Part shown: positions 1 to 10,476 of the stretch, in pieces
Numbering within the stretch: position 1 is the first letter of the stretch
Layout of the letters: each line of letters starts with the position of its first letter
From: Candidatus Zhuqueibacterota bacterium
Lineage (GTDB): Bacteria > Zhuqueibacterota > Zhuqueibacteria > Thermofontimicrobiales > Thermofontimicrobiaceae
Assembly: GCA_034506395.1 (NCBI GenBank)
Contig: JAPDPQ010000003.1
Location: 162,818 to 226,817, forward strand
Direction: 5' to 3'
Length of the DNA: 64,000 nt
The notes under the pieces: generated by a model
Database searches by the model: none
Told to the model about the DNA's origin: nothing
The model's input: the letters and a program-made list of their open reading frames with translations, nothing else
Position numbers and translations under genes: made by a program

Positions 1-63
1 AGGATGACTACTACGGCACAGCATACCGCTCAGCAATTCTCCTTCATAGTACCCCACCGCTTC

Positions 64-164
64 CTGATTCCTGATTACTGATCACTGATTACTGACTACT
101 GATCACTGATTACTGACTACTGATCACTGATTACTGACTACTGATCACTGATTACTAATCACTG
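64..164. repeat. Heptameric tandem repeat (CTGAYYA) x ~14, organised as a 21-bp higher-order unit ctgatcactgattactgactac x ~4; lies immediately 3' of the ftsZ stop
   Basis: Direct reading: ctgattc ctgatta ctgatca ctgatta ctgacta ... to ctaatca ctg. Same family, inverted, at 55602-55648. Confidence 0.9.
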
Positions 165-174
165 CCAACCAAGC

Positions 175-1362
175 CTACATCTCAATTCGGCGTCGCAAAA
201 AAGTTGGAAGCTCATAATTTTCCGGCCTGGCATCCGTTGTTTCCTCTTGAAATTCCAATTCCCGATTCCGACCGTTGCCATTGCCTTTATCCTGTTCTGC
301 AGCCTGGCGTTGATAGGTTGGGATGTCCAAATAATCGATCGAGGCATGGATGAAATCCATCTTGCGACGCGGCACGGCTGGCTTTTGGCTTCGACCGTTC
401 CGATTAAAACCAGTAGCGATCACGGTCACCCGAATTTGATCTTTAAATTGATCATCGATCACTGCGCCGACAATGATATTTGCATCTTCTCCCGCAGCCT
501 GTTGGATGATGCTGGCAGCGGCATCCACTTCCGGGAGTGTCATGTCCTCACCCCCAGTAAAATTCACCAACAACCCCAGCGCTCCAGAAATGGATACATC
601 TTCTAACAGTGGGCTTTTGATAGCATTTTGCGCTGCCTGAATGGCACGGTCCTCTCCCGAGGCAACGGCTGAACCCATCAGCGCATCGCCCATTTCCGAC
701 ATCACCGTCTTTACGTCGGCGAAATCCAGGTTGATCAACCCAGGAACCGAGATCAGGTCCGATATGCCTTTGGTAGCATTGTATAGCACCTCATCGGCGA
801 TCTGGAACGCCTTGTTCAATCGGGTGTCCTTAGATACGATTGAGAGCAGCCGCTGATTGGGGATCACGATTAAAGTATCAACGCGTTCTTTGAGCTGCGC
901 CAAACCTTCCTCTGCCCGTTTCATGCGTTTCGGACCTTCAAAGTGGAACGGCTTGGTAACGATCGCCACGGTCAGCGCTCCCAGGTCCTTCGCGATTTCG
1001 GCCACCACTGGTGCAGCACCAGTGCCAGTGCCACCGCCCATACCTGCAGTGATAAATACCATGTCAGTATCTTTGAGCGCATTGAAGATGGCATCCTTGT
1101 CCTCCTCAATCGCCCGACGGCCGATCTCAGGATTCGCTCCAGCACCCAACCCTTTGGTTAAATTCTTGCCAATCTGCAGCCGGATCGGCGCCTTGCACGT
1201 ATTCAATGCTTGGAGATCCGTATTGATCGCAATAAATTCCACGCCGGTCAACCCAGCCGAAATCATCCGATTGACCGCATTGCCGCCAGCGCCACCAACG
1301 CCGACCACTTTCATCGTCGCCGTAGGGTTCACCGTTTCATCAAAGTCAAATGTCAAACTCAT
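175..1362 (-). CDS. ftsZ: Cell division GTPase FtsZ
   Basis: Tubulin-like GGGTGTG motif, C-terminal LPTFLRRR peptide. Start placed at MSLTFDFDE, preceded by GGAGGG 6 nt upstream (rc of 1369-1374); the ORF extends further 5' to 1416. Confidence 0.95.
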   Translation of the reverse strand: MSLTFDFDETVNPTATMKVVGVGGAGGNAVNRMISAGLTGVEFIAINTDLQALNTCKAPIRLQIGKNLTKGLGAGANPEIGRRAIEEDKDAIFNALKDTDMVFITAGMGGGTGTGAAPVVAEIAKDLGALTVAIVTKPFHFEGPKRMKRAEEGLAQLKERVDTLIVIPNQRLLSIVSKDTRLNKAFQIADEVLYNATKGISDLISVPGLINLDFADVKTVMSEMGDALMGSAVASGEDRAIQAAQNAIKSPLLEDVSISGALGLLVNFTGGEDMTLPEVDAAASIIQQAAGEDANIIVGAVIDDQFKDQIRVTVIATGFNRNGRSQKPAVPRRKMDFIHASIDYLDIPTYQRQAAEQDKGNGNGRNRELEFQEETTDARPENYELPTFLRRRIEM

Positions 1363-1839
1363 AGTTCGCCCTCCTTCACTTGGATGGGATTGTATGTGAT
1401 GCGAGATGATTTGCACATTTTGGGCTTTGCCCGTGACTACATTGGTTCAATTCATTTATCTTCAATTTTTAATTTCTGTCCAAGGCCAATTTGCTCTCCA
1501 TCCTTCCGAGACAGAATTGATTCCACTCAATGGCACTCATCATTTTCCTTTCATTCGAAAATCTAAATACATCTATGGCAGCTCAAATGGCCTCTTTGTC
1601 GCGCCCATTGATGCTTTTTTGTGCAAAGGTCAATTTATATAATAGGCGAATAAATCTGGCTCTCCCACACGATGCCATTTTCGGAGTAGAAATCATCCGA
1701 ATCAGACAAATTAAGCCTAAGGCAGGAAGCACCACCCGAGATCCTTGAATAGGTGCGATCCATGCCATCTGCCCTGGGCTTTCCTTCTTGGTGCGGGTCA
1801 TTGATTAGAGGCATGATAATAAGCCAGGGAATAAATCGA

Positions 1840-3075
1840 TCAATTGAACCAGCTTTTCATTCGATCCCAGATTTTTTCAAACAGCCCAATTTCCCCGCCT
1901 TCAGTAAGCAAGGTTTCCAGTTCATATCGATTCGCCAATGCATATAAGATGAGCCCCACACCAGTTGCATGAATCGGACTCTTCGCAAGATCGATCAATC
2001 CACTAAATCCTTTGGGGATCCCCAGCTTCACTGGCATATCGAACACCTCTTCGGCCAATTCCACCGCGCCTTTGATGAGCGCAGCCCCTCCAGTGATCAC
2101 CACCCCAGCGGTCATCAGATTGGCGAATTCAGATTTTCGAATTTCGCCAGCCGCCAACCGAAAGATCTCTTCCATGCGGGGATGAATAATGTCCACCAGC
2201 AGTTCTTGAGCGACTTTGCGAGCTGGCCGCCCCCCAACGCCAGGGATCTCGATGGTCCGTTCCTGATCCTCAAGCAGCGAATGCAAAGCGCACCCATATT
2301 TAATTTTGATCATCTCAGCTTGATCCACGGGAGTCCTGAGGCACAATGCGATATCATTGGTCACATTGCCGCCACCGAGCGCTACAACTGCAGTATGTCG
2401 AATGCAGCCCTCAAAAAACATGGCGATATCGGTCGTACCACCCCCCATGTCCATCACCACCACGCCCAATTCCTTTTCATCCTCGCTGAGCACCGAATAG
2501 CTTGAGGCCAGTGGCTCCAGAACTAGGTCGCTGACGTTCAGCCCAGCGCGCTCAACACTGCGGCAGATATTTTGGGCCGAAGTAATCGCCCCAGTTACGA
2601 TATGCACTTCGGTCTCCAACCTTATGCCCGACATGCCCAGCGGATCTTTTATGCCCCGCTGATCATCCACAATGAATTCCTGAGGAATAATGTGAATGAT
2701 CTCTCGATCGATTGGCATCACCACCGCCTTGGCGGCATCGATCACTCGGCGCACATCATCTTCAGTAATTTCATTATCTGGACCTGCGACTGCCACCACA
2801 CCGCGACCATTATAGCTGCGGATATGATCTCCCGCAATGCCCACATAAACCTGATCGATCTTCACGCCAGCCATTTGCTCAGCCTGGATGACAGCGTTTT
2901 CAATGGAACGAACGGTTTTCTCCACATTGACTACTACCCCCTTCCGAAGCCCTTCTGAGGGAGCAGTGCCAACACCAATCACCTTGGGTTGACTATCGTC
3001 CTCCACCTCGGCTATAATCACCCCGATCTTCGTCGTCCCAATGTCCAGACCAGTAATAAGTTCAGGACTTGACAT
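1840..3075 (-). CDS. ftsA: Cell division protein FtsA (actin-like ATPase)
   Basis: N-terminal GLDIGTTKI, actin/Hsp70 fold motifs, C-terminal amphipathic helix; position between ftsQ and ftsZ. Confidence 0.95.
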   Translation of the reverse strand: MSSPELITGLDIGTTKIGVIIAEVEDDSQPKVIGVGTAPSEGLRKGVVVNVEKTVRSIENAVIQAEQMAGVKIDQVYVGIAGDHIRSYNGRGVVAVAGPDNEITEDDVRRVIDAAKAVVMPIDREIIHIIPQEFIVDDQRGIKDPLGMSGIRLETEVHIVTGAITSAQNICRSVERAGLNVSDLVLEPLASSYSVLSEDEKELGVVVMDMGGGTTDIAMFFEGCIRHTAVVALGGGNVTNDIALCLRTPVDQAEMIKIKYGCALHSLLEDQERTIEIPGVGGRPARKVAQELLVDIIHPRMEEIFRLAAGEIRKSEFANLMTAGVVITGGAALIKGAVELAEEVFDMPVKLGIPKGFSGLIDLAKSPIHATGVGLILYALANRYELETLLTEGGEIGLFEKIWDRMKSWFN

Positions 3076-3278
3076 CAGGTGTCTCCTTCTAAATTGAATG
3101 TTCGATCATCAATGGCTCTCATGATCTTAAAATCCTCAGAGAGCATCCTTGGGTTTCTTTTCTGATTAATGCGGCAAACTCCCATCACCATTTCTGAATC
3201 AGTTTCATCACAATTCCTAGCTCATTTCCATCTGCTGCTCATCGATTGCGCTCATCATTAATTATCATTCCTTCGGCT

Positions 3279-4016
3279 TTAGATCTGATTTCTCACCACC
3301 ACTTGATCCTTGAACCGGATATCAATCACTTTAGCTGTTGCAAGTTCGTTTTTTTCCATCAAGTGATAATATATCTTTGATAAGTAATAGAGCTTTTCGC
3401 TAAAATTTCCCGTACCTAAAATCACAGGGGAATTGGTATGTCTCAAATAAAGCACAAACCCGTTGTCATCACTATAGTGCAATTCCGATAATTCATGGTA
3501 GATAACCAGGTCTAGCGACCGTAATTGCTTTAACAGTGAAATAGCCAGATAGACGCGCTCGGGATGTTCTGGGACGCGGCTCCCCAATGAATCGGTAATA
3601 AAGCGAAAACCAGTGATCGCTGGCAAATCATACACAGCCTCTGGAGGAAACTGCGACAGGATTGTTCCATTCGCATCAACAGCGGAAATAGCTGAACCAG
3701 CAATTACGGCCACCAGCGATCGTTCTTTCACTTTGATTCTAAGCGTAGATGGATAAAAGCGGCTGACCGATACATCTTCGATCAATCCATGGGTACGAAT
3801 CCTATCCTCGATCGCTTTAGTCTTGATCTTCACCAAGTCCTGATGGAACTCTACCCCAGCCAGCTCGAAGATCTCCTCCTTGCTAACAAACCGATTACCT
3901 TGGATCTTTACTGCCTGAAGCACGAACACTTGGTTATGATAGAACCAGATTAAAGTGACCATCAACACCACGGCTAAAAAGATGATGCTGAATGATATTT
4001 TGAAGATTTTCAGCAT
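3279..4016 (-). CDS. ftsQ: Cell division protein FtsQ/DivIB (POTRA domain)
   Basis: N-terminal TM segment, about 245 aa, position between ftsW and ftsA, POTRA-like region. Confidence 0.75.
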   Translation of the reverse strand: MLKIFKISFSIIFLAVVLMVTLIWFYHNQVFVLQAVKIQGNRFVSKEEIFELAGVEFHQDLVKIKTKAIEDRIRTHGLIEDVSVSRFYPSTLRIKVKERSLVAVIAGSAISAVDANGTILSQFPPEAVYDLPAITGFRFITDSLGSRVPEHPERVYLAISLLKQLRSLDLVIYHELSELHYSDDNGFVLYLRHTNSPVILGTGNFSEKLYYLSKIYYHLMEKNELATAKVIDIRFKDQVVVRNQI

Positions 4017-4145
4017 AGCCGAACCCCAATTTACTTTGCCGATTCAAACGTCAGATCCAGCCTTATGAAGCGCGCCAGATTATTAATCGGGACCCTGCAC
4101 GACAGACGAACCATGACGAGACTTTGTCCCAGCGAAAAAGCCGTC

Positions 4146-5384
4146 TCATTTAGCCCACCGTCGCCGTCGGATGGGCTTTCTTTTGAATTTGATCATCGAC
4201 AAGGAGCTAATAGTTTGATTCTTACGCGAAAAATCCTTCACTGCCACTTTGGCGCTGCGCGCTTGCCATGAGACGTTTAATAAAATTCCCACACCCATAA
4301 AATGCATGATTAAAGAGCTGCCGCCATAGCTGATAAATGGCATGGTAACCCCAGTGACCGGTAAAAGATTTAGGGCAATCCCAGCATTAAAAAAAGCAAA
4401 AATGACGATACTAGCAGTTACACCGACCGCCAATAATTGCCCCTCTTTATCGGGAGCGTGAATCGCAATCCACAATCCCCGCCACATGAGCATCAAGAAC
4501 AGCGTTAATAGCAACATGCATCCGATCAGACCGACCTCCTCACCGATGATCGAGAAAATGAAATCGGTAAACGGTTGCGGCAAGAAGTGGAGCTTCTGTC
4601 GACTGTTGCCCAAGCCCACTCCCAAAATCCCCCCATTGGCAAACGAGATTAAAGACTGGCTCACTTGCCAGGGCGGTTCAATCCGACCTAAAACTGAGTT
4701 GATGAACTTGAATAATCGAATTTTTTGATATGGAAAAAGCGTGATCAAGAATGCTACCCCGCTCAATGCAGCGAATGACAATGCTGCCAAATGGTAAAGA
4801 CTTGCGCCAGCAGTAAAGATAACGACCCCACAAATGATAAATATGATCACTCCACTGCCTAAGTCTGGCTCTACCAGAATTGGGAAAACGATCGCGAACA
4901 CAATGATCAGAGCTGGGAGAAGCCCATCCGAAAAATTTCTGATGCGCTCGCCCTTTTTCACCAAGAAAGTTGATAAAAAAATCACCAGTGCATATTTTGC
5001 CAGCTCTGAAGGCTGGAAAACGAATCCAAAAATACTGAACGAGCGACGACTTCCCTTATAGAAATTCCCATCGATCAACACGTAAATTAAAGCGACAAAT
5101 GTGATCAATAAAATGATCGGTGCGTGCTTCTGAAGTCGATGATAATCGGTGCGCATGAAAAGAATCATCAGACCGATGCCCAGCGCTAAGCGCATGAGCT
5201 GCTTGCCCAAAAAATAATGACTGTTTCCATATTCCTCGCGGGCTTTGAAGTAGCTGGCGCTGTAGACGGCAGCCGTCCCAATGACCGCGAGCAACAACAC
5301 GATAATCACCAGCAGCACATCATATTTTAATCCATTTTTCAATGTTGAATCATCTCCCAAGGCAGTTTGATCGATCTTGAGCAA
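4146..5384 (-). CDS. ftsW: SEDS-family peptidoglycan polymerase FtsW
   Basis: Polytopic membrane protein with FtsW/RodA-like sequence; dcw context. Confidence 0.85.
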   Translation of the reverse strand: MLKIDQTALGDDSTLKNGLKYDVLLVIIVLLLAVIGTAAVYSASYFKAREEYGNSHYFLGKQLMRLALGIGLMILFMRTDYHRLQKHAPIILLITFVALIYVLIDGNFYKGSRRSFSIFGFVFQPSELAKYALVIFLSTFLVKKGERIRNFSDGLLPALIIVFAIVFPILVEPDLGSGVIIFIICGVVIFTAGASLYHLAALSFAALSGVAFLITLFPYQKIRLFKFINSVLGRIEPPWQVSQSLISFANGGILGVGLGNSRQKLHFLPQPFTDFIFSIIGEEVGLIGCMLLLTLFLMLMWRGLWIAIHAPDKEGQLLAVGVTASIVIFAFFNAGIALNLLPVTGVTMPFISYGGSSLIMHFMGVGILLNVSWQARSAKVAVKDFSRKNQTISSLSMIKFKRKPIRRRRWAK

Positions 5385-5465
5385 ACATCATGTCTGAAAA
5401 TGCAAGTTAGCCGACCCGATCTATTCGAACAGGCAATTGGATAATCGGGTAGCGGTTCAGTGGCG

Positions 5466-6554
5466 CTATCTGACCTTGAACGTGCTGAGGGTCACCAGTA
5501 CCAGAAGGATGCCGATGATCCAAAATCGAACCACCACCTTCGATTCATGCCAGCCCTTTAATTCGAAGTGATGATGCAATGGCGCCATTTTGAAAATTCG
5601 TTTTCCGCCAGTGCGTTTGAAGTATCCGACTTGCAAGATCACCGAGAGCGCCTCAATGACAAAAACACCGCCGATAATCGGCAGCAACAATTCTTTTTTC
5701 AATAGCACAGCCAAAGTGCCCAAGGCGCTGCCTAACGCTAGCGCACCAGTATCGCCCATGAACACCTCGGCAGGATGGCTATTGTACCAGAGGAATCCCA
5801 GACAAGCACCAAGCAAAGCTGAGCAATACACGGTAAGCTCCCCAGCACCTGGCAAATAGACGATATTGAGATAATTGCTAAAATCCACTCGCCCGGTGAT
5901 ATAGCTGATCGCTGCCCAGGCCATGGCCGAGATCCCCACCAGCCCAATGGCCAAACCGTCCAAACCATCCGTGAGATTCACCGCATTTGAAGTCCCCGTC
6001 AAGATAAAAATGACCAATGGGATATAAAAGATACCCCAATAGACCATGACGTTCTTGAAAAACGGAACGGTTGAAGCAGCGCGTTCGATGGCAAACGCTG
6101 GATGAAAGTAGAGCATCGACCCAATAATCAACCCCAGGGTCACTTGTCCGACCAACTTATACCGGCCGATCAATCCTTTCGGCTTCTTCTTGACCACTTT
6201 CAAATAATCATCCAGAAATCCGACCAACCCCATCCAAATAGTAGCCAATAGAATCAACCAGACATAGAGATTATCCAATCGGGCGAAACAGAGCGTTGGG
6301 ATCAGTACAGCGAACAGCACAATAATGCCGCCCATCGTTGGAGTTCCAGCTTTCTTCTGGTGTGTCTCAGGGCCATCTGCTCGGATCTTCTCACCGATTT
6401 GCCGTCGTCTCAGCTCACGAATGATCCTTGGCCCGATGAAAAAACTAATCAGTAACGCCAAAATAGCTGCCGATGCCGAACGAAAAGTGATGTAACCGAA
6501 CAGGTTCAATCCAGAGATGTAGGTTTTGAGCGGATAAAGTAAGTGATAGAACAT
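5466..6554 (-). CDS. mraY: Phospho-N-acetylmuramoyl-pentapeptide transferase MraY
   Basis: Conserved MraY motifs (NAVNLTDGLDGLA, HHHFE). Start chosen at MFYHLL with AGGAA upstream; the ORF extends to 6572. Confidence 0.9.
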   Translation of the reverse strand: MFYHLLYPLKTYISGLNLFGYITFRSASAAILALLISFFIGPRIIRELRRRQIGEKIRADGPETHQKKAGTPTMGGIIVLFAVLIPTLCFARLDNLYVWLILLATIWMGLVGFLDDYLKVVKKKPKGLIGRYKLVGQVTLGLIIGSMLYFHPAFAIERAASTVPFFKNVMVYWGIFYIPLVIFILTGTSNAVNLTDGLDGLAIGLVGISAMAWAAISYITGRVDFSNYLNIVYLPGAGELTVYCSALLGACLGFLWYNSHPAEVFMGDTGALALGSALGTLAVLLKKELLLPIIGGVFVIEALSVILQVGYFKRTGGKRIFKMAPLHHHFELKGWHESKVVVRFWIIGILLVLVTLSTFKVR

Positions 6555-6676
6555 ATTTCCTGCCCTATTCAATATTTTAGTTTTCGGAAGGCCGCTGAAT
6601 CAGGTAATCAGGCCATGACCTTTTTTGCACGGGAGGCTAAGCCTCCAGTTACCTATCAGCTTCCGTTTTTTGATTT

Positions 6677-8098
6677 TTATTTGGACAAAGATCGTCCCGC
6701 TTCAGCTATCAGTGCTGCGGTCACCTGCTCCATCGCCATCCCGCGCGATCCTTTAATCAGGATCACATCTCCGTCTGATACCATCCTCTTTAGTTGCTCA
6801 ATCAGCTTCGACTTATCATTGAAGTAGAAGACATTTTTCATTCCCTGGCGCTGTGCCTCTTTGGCAGTGAGCAGAGATAGCTCGCCAAAGGTAAGTAGGG
6901 ATTGAATATTGCCCAGCGTTGCGACATATCGGCCAACAGACTCGTGTTCAGATCGTGCCCAGTGGCCCAGTTCCAACATATCTCCAAGCACAGCGATCCG
7001 TTTTCCCAAGGCCTTCATTTGAGAGAGCGTCAACAGCGCCTTGCGAGCGGATTCTGGATTGGAATTATAGCAATCGTTGATAATAACCACGCCGTCCTTG
7101 CGAATAACCTCCATCCGTTTCGATGCTGGGGAAAATGCTTCAAGCGCTGACTTGATCGGTTCCAAAGCCAGACCAAATTCCAAGCCCACTGCCACAGCCG
7201 CCAGCCCGTTATAGATATTATGCATCCCCGCGATTTTCAACTGAATCGCCACCCGATTCACCGCGAATGCCGCTCGTCCTTCGTTATCGAGTCCCAGAAA
7301 TCGCCCTGAAATCTGCGCCGGGTTCTCAAAACCATAGGTGACCATCCTTTTGGTTGCTGGCAGCCTTTTGGCTAATAATGGATCATCCACGTTAACAAAG
7401 GCAAGTTCGCCCGCTTGCTCTAAATATCTCCACAGCTCAGTTTTCGCCTCGAACACACCTTCCAGCGATCCGAAGAACTCTAAATGGGCTGGGCCGATAT
7501 TGGTGATCAAACCCGCGGTCGGACAAGCGATCTCTGCCAATCGGGCAATCTCACCGGGATGGTTGGTCCCCATTTCAATCACACCGAGTTGGTGAACTGG
7601 CGCCAAATTCAATAGCGTCAGCGGCACGCCGATATGGTTGTTCAGATTTCCTAAGTTTTTCAGCACATGATACTTCTGTTCCAATACCGTCGCAATCATC
7701 TCCCTGGTGGTAGTTTTTCCATTGCTGCCAGTTACTGCCACAATGGGTATAGGGAATTTTTGGCGATAATAATGGGCAATCGCCTGCAACGCCTCCAGCG
7801 TATCGTTCACCAAAAAATAATTGCCTTGAGGGATTTGATCACCTCGCTGATGGTACCAAGATCGGGACGCCAGGATCGCCCGAGCCCCCTTCGCTACCAC
7901 TTCCGCGATGAAATCGTGACCATCATGTCGATCCCCTTTAATAGCGATGAAAGTTTGGTCAGATTCAATAACTCGGGAATCAATGCAAAAACTATCAATT
8001 GCTTGCTCAAGCAACGAAGCTTCCCCAATAAAATCGAATCGAACTTTCTCAATGTTGAGCAATTCCCGAAATTTTAATTCCATCTTTGAACCTTTCAT
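6677..8098 (-). CDS. murF: UDP-MurNAc-tripeptide--D-alanyl-D-alanine ligase MurF
   Basis: N-terminal IDSRVIESDQTFIAIKGDRHDGHDF, GSNGKTT P-loop, C-terminal NDCYNSNPES (the MurF DxYNANP signature, not the MurE DYAHTPDAL). Start uncertain (8083-8176); MELKFREL chosen. Confidence 0.85.
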   Translation of the reverse strand: MKGSKMELKFRELLNIEKVRFDFIGEASLLEQAIDSFCIDSRVIESDQTFIAIKGDRHDGHDFIAEVVAKGARAILASRSWYHQRGDQIPQGNYFLVNDTLEALQAIAHYYRQKFPIPIVAVTGSNGKTTTREMIATVLEQKYHVLKNLGNLNNHIGVPLTLLNLAPVHQLGVIEMGTNHPGEIARLAEIACPTAGLITNIGPAHLEFFGSLEGVFEAKTELWRYLEQAGELAFVNVDDPLLAKRLPATKRMVTYGFENPAQISGRFLGLDNEGRAAFAVNRVAIQLKIAGMHNIYNGLAAVAVGLEFGLALEPIKSALEAFSPASKRMEVIRKDGVVIINDCYNSNPESARKALLTLSQMKALGKRIAVLGDMLELGHWARSEHESVGRYVATLGNIQSLLTFGELSLLTAKEAQRQGMKNVFYFNDKSKLIEQLKRMVSDGDVILIKGSRGMAMEQVTAALIAEAGRSLSK

Positions 8099-8183
8099 CG
8101 TTGCCAGATCGATTCTGCTTCTTGAACTCGGAGCAAATCCAACATCGCACGAACCTAAGCTTACAATTTGCCCCAACTAAGTT

Positions 8184-10334
8184 TCACCAAGAACTATATT
8201 CTGCAAGGTCCACAATAGGCGAACATTGAATGATGCACCGAGCCCCGACCCGGATCCTTCTGCCAGCTTCTGGAATTTGTGCAGAAACTCTACCGGTGCC
8301 TTTAATCTCCACCCGAAGCCCACGTTGCGATAATCTTGAAAGTGCCTCCCGCATTGACAGCCCGATCACCGATGGTACAATAGTGTATTCAGTTTTGTGC
8401 TCTGAAGGGTTTTCATTAAAATCCTGCGTTCGGACCATGATCTGCGCCCCGGGTTCCACCCTAGTTCCTGCTGGCGGATCCTGAGCGATGATGATGTCCC
8501 CTGGGTTTTCCAGCACGAGTTTCAATTTCAACTTATCAACGATTTCATCGGCCACTGGGACAAGCTTATTGAGCAAATTCGGCACAAAAATCGATTTGCC
8601 ATTGCTATCCTGTTGCACCAATTGAGGTCGTGCCACGAATTGCTTTTCTAATTCGATGACTCGAAAAATGCGTTGCAAAATCCGTTTGAACGTTGGCGCA
8701 GCCACCTCGCCTCCGAAATATGCCTTGCGCGGATTATCAACCATGACATAAACCAATACTTGGGGTGATTCTGCTGGGAAAAAACCGATAAATGAACTGA
8801 TGAAATGATTCTCTGTATAGCGCCGAAGCTGCGGATCATATTTTCGAGTTGTTCCAGTCTTGCCTGCAATTCGCAATCCCTCCACAAACGCCTGGCGACC
8901 AGTCCCTTCCAAGACCACATCTTCGAGCATCCGCACGATGGTCCGCGAGGTTGAATCCGAAATCACCCTACGAATGACTTCAGGCTGAACATATTCCGAG
9001 TTCAACCGAGTATCTTCAGAAACTCCCAAATAGATTTTCGGCTTCAACAAAAAGCCGCCATTGGCCAACGCTCCAAACGCCATTGCCATTTGAATCGGCG
9101 TCACCGATATCTCGTAACCATATGACATGGCGATTGGGGTAAATTTGGACCACTCGATCGTCTTTTTCAATTCACCGCTGCTCTCCCCGGGCAATTCAAT
9201 GCCAGTCGTCACTCCAAATCCGAAATCACGAACATACCGATAGATCAAACTCTTATCCAAGTCTTTGGCTAACTTTGCCATCCCAATATTGCTTGATTTC
9301 TTGATAATATTGGCAACGCTCAGCCATCCGTAGGGCTTCACATCTTCGATCACGCGGTCATAGATCTTATATTTGCCGTTCTCGCAATAAACCATGTCCT
9401 CGGGCGATTTTAAGCCTTCCTCCAGAATGGCGCTCATGACGATCGGTTTGAACGTGGAGCCTGGTTCATAATTATCGGTAATGGCGCGATTTCTCCAACT
9501 CTCGGGTGAGGCGCCGCCAGCATTATTGGGATCGAAATCTGGCTTCATCGCCATGGCCAATATCTCGCCGGTACCAGGGTTGGTGATGATAATCGTTGCT
9601 GCATCGGCCTCGAAGGTGTCGACCACATGCTGCCCTTCCTCCTCTGCAATCCACTGGTAGGTATTGTCGATGGTAAGGAACACGTTTTTTCCCTTGCGCG
9701 GCTTTTTAGTGGGATAGTTGGGGTCCGATATGGTGTTTCCCAGCGCATCCCGTTGATAGACGGCCAAGCCATGGCTGCCCTGCAATTCATGATTCATGGC
9801 AAGCTCCACCCCGCTCAGGCCTTTTAGGTCGATATCGGTGAAACCTACCAATTGCGCAGCCAGGTGGCTCTGGGGATAGTAGCGCCGCGGTTCCTTGATG
9901 ATCCTGATACCAGGCAATTTCAACGCCTCGATCTGTCGCATCATGTCCTCATTGATCCCTCGGGCTAACCAAAAAAAGCTGCGCTTGCCATCCAATTGCG
10001 ATAAATAGAATTGCCGGCTTCGATTGAAAATCCGAGCGAAATGATCGGCCATCAACCCTCGATCGACAACTTTGGTTACATCTACTCCAATCGACCAGCT
10101 ATTGCGATTGATAGCAAGATAGCGCATTTTGCGATCAAAGATGATGCCCCGGGCTGGTTTTAATTCGGCTGCATACAAATATTGGTTGCGCGCTCTTTCC
10201 ACGTAGCTACCTCGCTCCACTATCTGAATCTGTATCAATCGCATCACCAGGACGATAAAAAATAGTAACGCCACCAACACCAACGCGATGATTCGTCTTA
10301 GGCTGCTTTGATCTGCTGTTATTCTCGTTTTCAT
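8184..10334 (-). CDS. ftsI: Class B penicillin-binding protein FtsI (transpeptidase) with two C-terminal PASTA domains
   Basis: STFK, SSN and KTGT active-site motifs; N-terminal TM; two ~65-aa PASTA-like repeats at the C-terminus. Confidence 0.9.
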   Translation of the reverse strand: MKTRITADQSSLRRIIALVLVALLFFIVLVMRLIQIQIVERGSYVERARNQYLYAAELKPARGIIFDRKMRYLAINRNSWSIGVDVTKVVDRGLMADHFARIFNRSRQFYLSQLDGKRSFFWLARGINEDMMRQIEALKLPGIRIIKEPRRYYPQSHLAAQLVGFTDIDLKGLSGVELAMNHELQGSHGLAVYQRDALGNTISDPNYPTKKPRKGKNVFLTIDNTYQWIAEEEGQHVVDTFEADAATIIITNPGTGEILAMAMKPDFDPNNAGGASPESWRNRAITDNYEPGSTFKPIVMSAILEEGLKSPEDMVYCENGKYKIYDRVIEDVKPYGWLSVANIIKKSSNIGMAKLAKDLDKSLIYRYVRDFGFGVTTGIELPGESSGELKKTIEWSKFTPIAMSYGYEISVTPIQMAMAFGALANGGFLLKPKIYLGVSEDTRLNSEYVQPEVIRRVISDSTSRTIVRMLEDVVLEGTGRQAFVEGLRIAGKTGTTRKYDPQLRRYTENHFISSFIGFFPAESPQVLVYVMVDNPRKAYFGGEVAAPTFKRILQRIFRVIELEKQFVARPQLVQQDSNGKSIFVPNLLNKLVPVADEIVDKLKLKLVLENPGDIIIAQDPPAGTRVEPGAQIMVRTQDFNENPSEHKTEYTIVPSVIGLSMREALSRLSQRGLRVEIKGTGRVSAQIPEAGRRIRVGARCIIQCSPIVDLAEYSSW

Positions 10335-10476
10335 GGTTAGGCGCTTTCACCCTGGCTTGTTCCTCAATTTAAACTGCACAATTGCTTCAAAAATTGACCT
10401 GAATTGATTTTGAGATGCTGGCGAAACGATCTGAAAGCGACAATGATCTAATCTGTGTCCCTATTATTTGATGCTC

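Noticed and set aside
1-60. Partial gene at the window edge
   Set aside because: Only 60 nt before the repeat array; no frame can be supported.
64-164. Heptamer array as a CRISPR array
   Set aside because: The units are contiguous 7-mers with no spacers; they show no CRISPR repeat length or periodicity, and no cas genes are present.
247-1566. Several plus-strand ORFs (119, 71, 180, 72, 118 aa) overlapping ftsZ
   Set aside because: They lie antisense within a strongly supported ftsZ reading frame, have low-complexity Pro/Ser/Ala-rich translations typical of shadow ORFs, and lack RBS.
6677-8176. The 499-aa ORF as MurE rather than MurF
   Set aside because: The C-terminal DCYNSNP motif and the N-terminal DSR...KGDRHDGHDF segment match MurF signatures; the MurE DYAHTPDAL-type motif is absent. 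The extended N-terminus (8099-8176) overlapping the ftsI end was also rejected as non-coding.
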